This document shows positions 25,806 to 27,003 of a stretch of DNA of 27,003 nucleotides, in pieces. Within the stretch, counting starts at the first letter, position 1. The number at the start of each line of letters is the position of its first letter. Source of the stretch: Planctomycetota bacterium (GTDB lineage Bacteria > Planctomycetota > UBA1135); NCBI GenBank assembly GCA_045047305.1, contig JASFYO010000055.1:1-27003 (forward strand), read 5' to 3'. Position numbers and translations under genes: made by a program. The notes beneath the pieces are model-generated. The model ran no database searches, had not been told where the DNA came from, and saw nothing but the letters and a program-made list of their open reading frames with translations.

Positions 25806-27003
25806 ATGCTTGTGTTATCCCTCATGCTCGCCATCAGCCTCCAAACCGAGGAGCTGCCATTGGACACGCTTACTTTGAAGGGTGGTAAAGAGCTCCAAGG
25901 CATTATCCTGTATGTAGATAAAAGCACGGTGGTCCTGGGCCAAAAAACTACGGAACGTGCCCTGAAACGGGTTTCTGTCATGAAGATGGTAGGACCGCGC
26001 GCCTATTTCCCAATCTATATAGAGGAGCTGCAGCTGGTCTACAGCGCCCGTGCCACTGCCGACCAAGCCATCGCATTAGCTGAGTGGTGCACTGCCAACG
26101 GCTATCCGCGCGACGTCAAGTTGCACTATTGGCGCGCGTTGGAACTTGACCCCGAAAACAGAGAGGCGCACTTTTCTCTTGGCCACCGCGAGCAAAATGG
26201 CGTTTGGACTGTACCCACAGGAAAAGGACCATGGGTGAGTTTGGAACGCTTGAAGGAACGCAAGTTAAACAGCCAAGATCCGTGGGAATTCCAAACGGCA
26301 CACTTTGATTTGAAAGCAGTCACGACATTGCACCACGCATTGCGTACCGCAGCAAGTCTAGAAATTTACTACTTCCACTTTTTTCAATTGCTACAGACGA
26401 TGGCCGGGTTTTATGAACTGCGTCAGCCGATGCAAGTGCACATTTACCAAAACCGAGAAAGCGGCTATCCAAACGTTGGTGCGGGGGTGGAAGGTTACTT
26501 TGATGAAGCCACGGGCATCACCCATGCTTACTTTGTTGATAACGAACTCAAAAACGGGATTCGCGTGCTCACCCATGCACTGCAATACAAAACCGTTGAG
26601 GCGCGGGCCAAAGGAGAGCCAGATCAATATCCTGGGTGGCTGTGGGAAGGATTAGCGACCTACTTTGAAGCCTCCTATCTGCCCACCGATGGGGTGCCAG
26701 ATTACTTACCGGCCCGTTTGCATGGAGGATGGATTCACAAACATGCTTCAGCCGACAAAAAGCAATTACGGGACCTTGACGACATCTTAGTTTTTGAGCG
26801 TAGCGCCATGGGCGACGCCACCAACAGCCAACTGCTTTATGCGCAGGCCTACACCCTGTGCTATTACTTACTCCACAGCGAAGATCTTTCCACATTGGAA
26901 TCTTTTAAGGAGTACCTCCACTTCGCCTATCGAGACCAAGGCTCTAGAAGTAAATTCCGTAAAGCTTTCAGTAAAAGTCAGCGCAAGTCCCTTCAAAAAA
27001 AGT
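25806..27003 (+). CDS. Secreted DUF1570/peptidase-MA-like protein, truncated by the window edge
   Basis: Not in the ORF track because there is no stop in the window. The frame is open from ATG 25806 to the end: MLVLSLMLAISLQ.., DTLTLKGGKELQG, LAEWC..NG, ALELDPENREAHFSLGH, QTAHF, PGWLWEGLATYFE and YAQAYTLCYYLL. Confidence 0.85.
   Translation, partial: MLVLSLMLAISLQTEELPLDTLTLKGGKELQGIILYVDKSTVVLGQKTTERALKRVSVMKMVGPRAYFPIYIEELQLVYSARATADQAIALAEWCTANGYPRDVKLHYWRALELDPENREAHFSLGHREQNGVWTVPTGKGPWVSLERLKERKLNSQDPWEFQTAHFDLKAVTTLHHALRTAASLEIYYFHFFQLLQTMAGFYELRQPMQVHIYQNRESGYPNVGAGVEGYFDEATGITHAYFVDNELKNGIRVLTHALQYKTVEARAKGEPDQYPGWLWEGLATYFEASYLPTDGVPDYLPARLHGGWIHKHASADKKQLRDLDDILVFERSAMGDATNSQLLYAQAYTLCYYLLHSEDLSTLESFKEYLHFAYRDQGSRSKFRKAFSKSQRKSLQKK

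Noticed and set aside
25793..26895. Cluster of small ORFs suggesting a non-coding or degraded end region
   Set aside because: The region is one open plus-strand frame from 25806 that runs off the window.
1..27003. CRISPR array, tRNA/rRNA (including tRNA-Sec), transposase or prophage
   Set aside because: No spaced direct repeats, cloverleaf or such genes were seen. The intergenic gaps are short and mostly accounted for.

Overview
Gene-dense bacterial chromosomal segment of moderate GC. It is probably from a Planctomycetota-like organism (inferred from a membrane-tethered ECF sigma factor, an FG-GAP protein, orphan GspG-like pilins and a DUF1570-like protein). It contains a B12-dependent methylmalonyl-CoA mutase cluster (mutA-mutB-meaB, then the start of a Na+/solute symporter), a degenerate hybrid histidine kinase, an alpha/beta hydrolase, an outer-membrane beta-barrel, acyltransferase-3, an arylsulfotransferase-like lipoprotein, an ALDH7-type dehydrogenase, an M14 carboxypeptidase, xth, two tandem prepilins, a 1041-aa ECF sigma factor, a 7-repeat FG-GAP protein, a serine hydrolase and a DUF1570-like gene running off the end. 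The main hidden feature is that two short ORFs in the track (5481..5726 and 5169..5369, minus strand) form one AhpD/CMD-like gene. An in-frame TGA sits at the second Cys of the CxxC motif (C-H-Y-U-T-F-A-H) and is followed by a SECIS-like hairpin, so this is a probable selenoprotein 9 nt upstream of mutA. Other signals are a recurrent TAnnnT-N6-ATG (leaderless) start pattern, a His-less pseudokinase, a REP-doublet-like inverted repeat and a C-terminal domain shared by two unrelated secreted proteins. No rRNA, tRNA, CRISPR array or transposase was seen.
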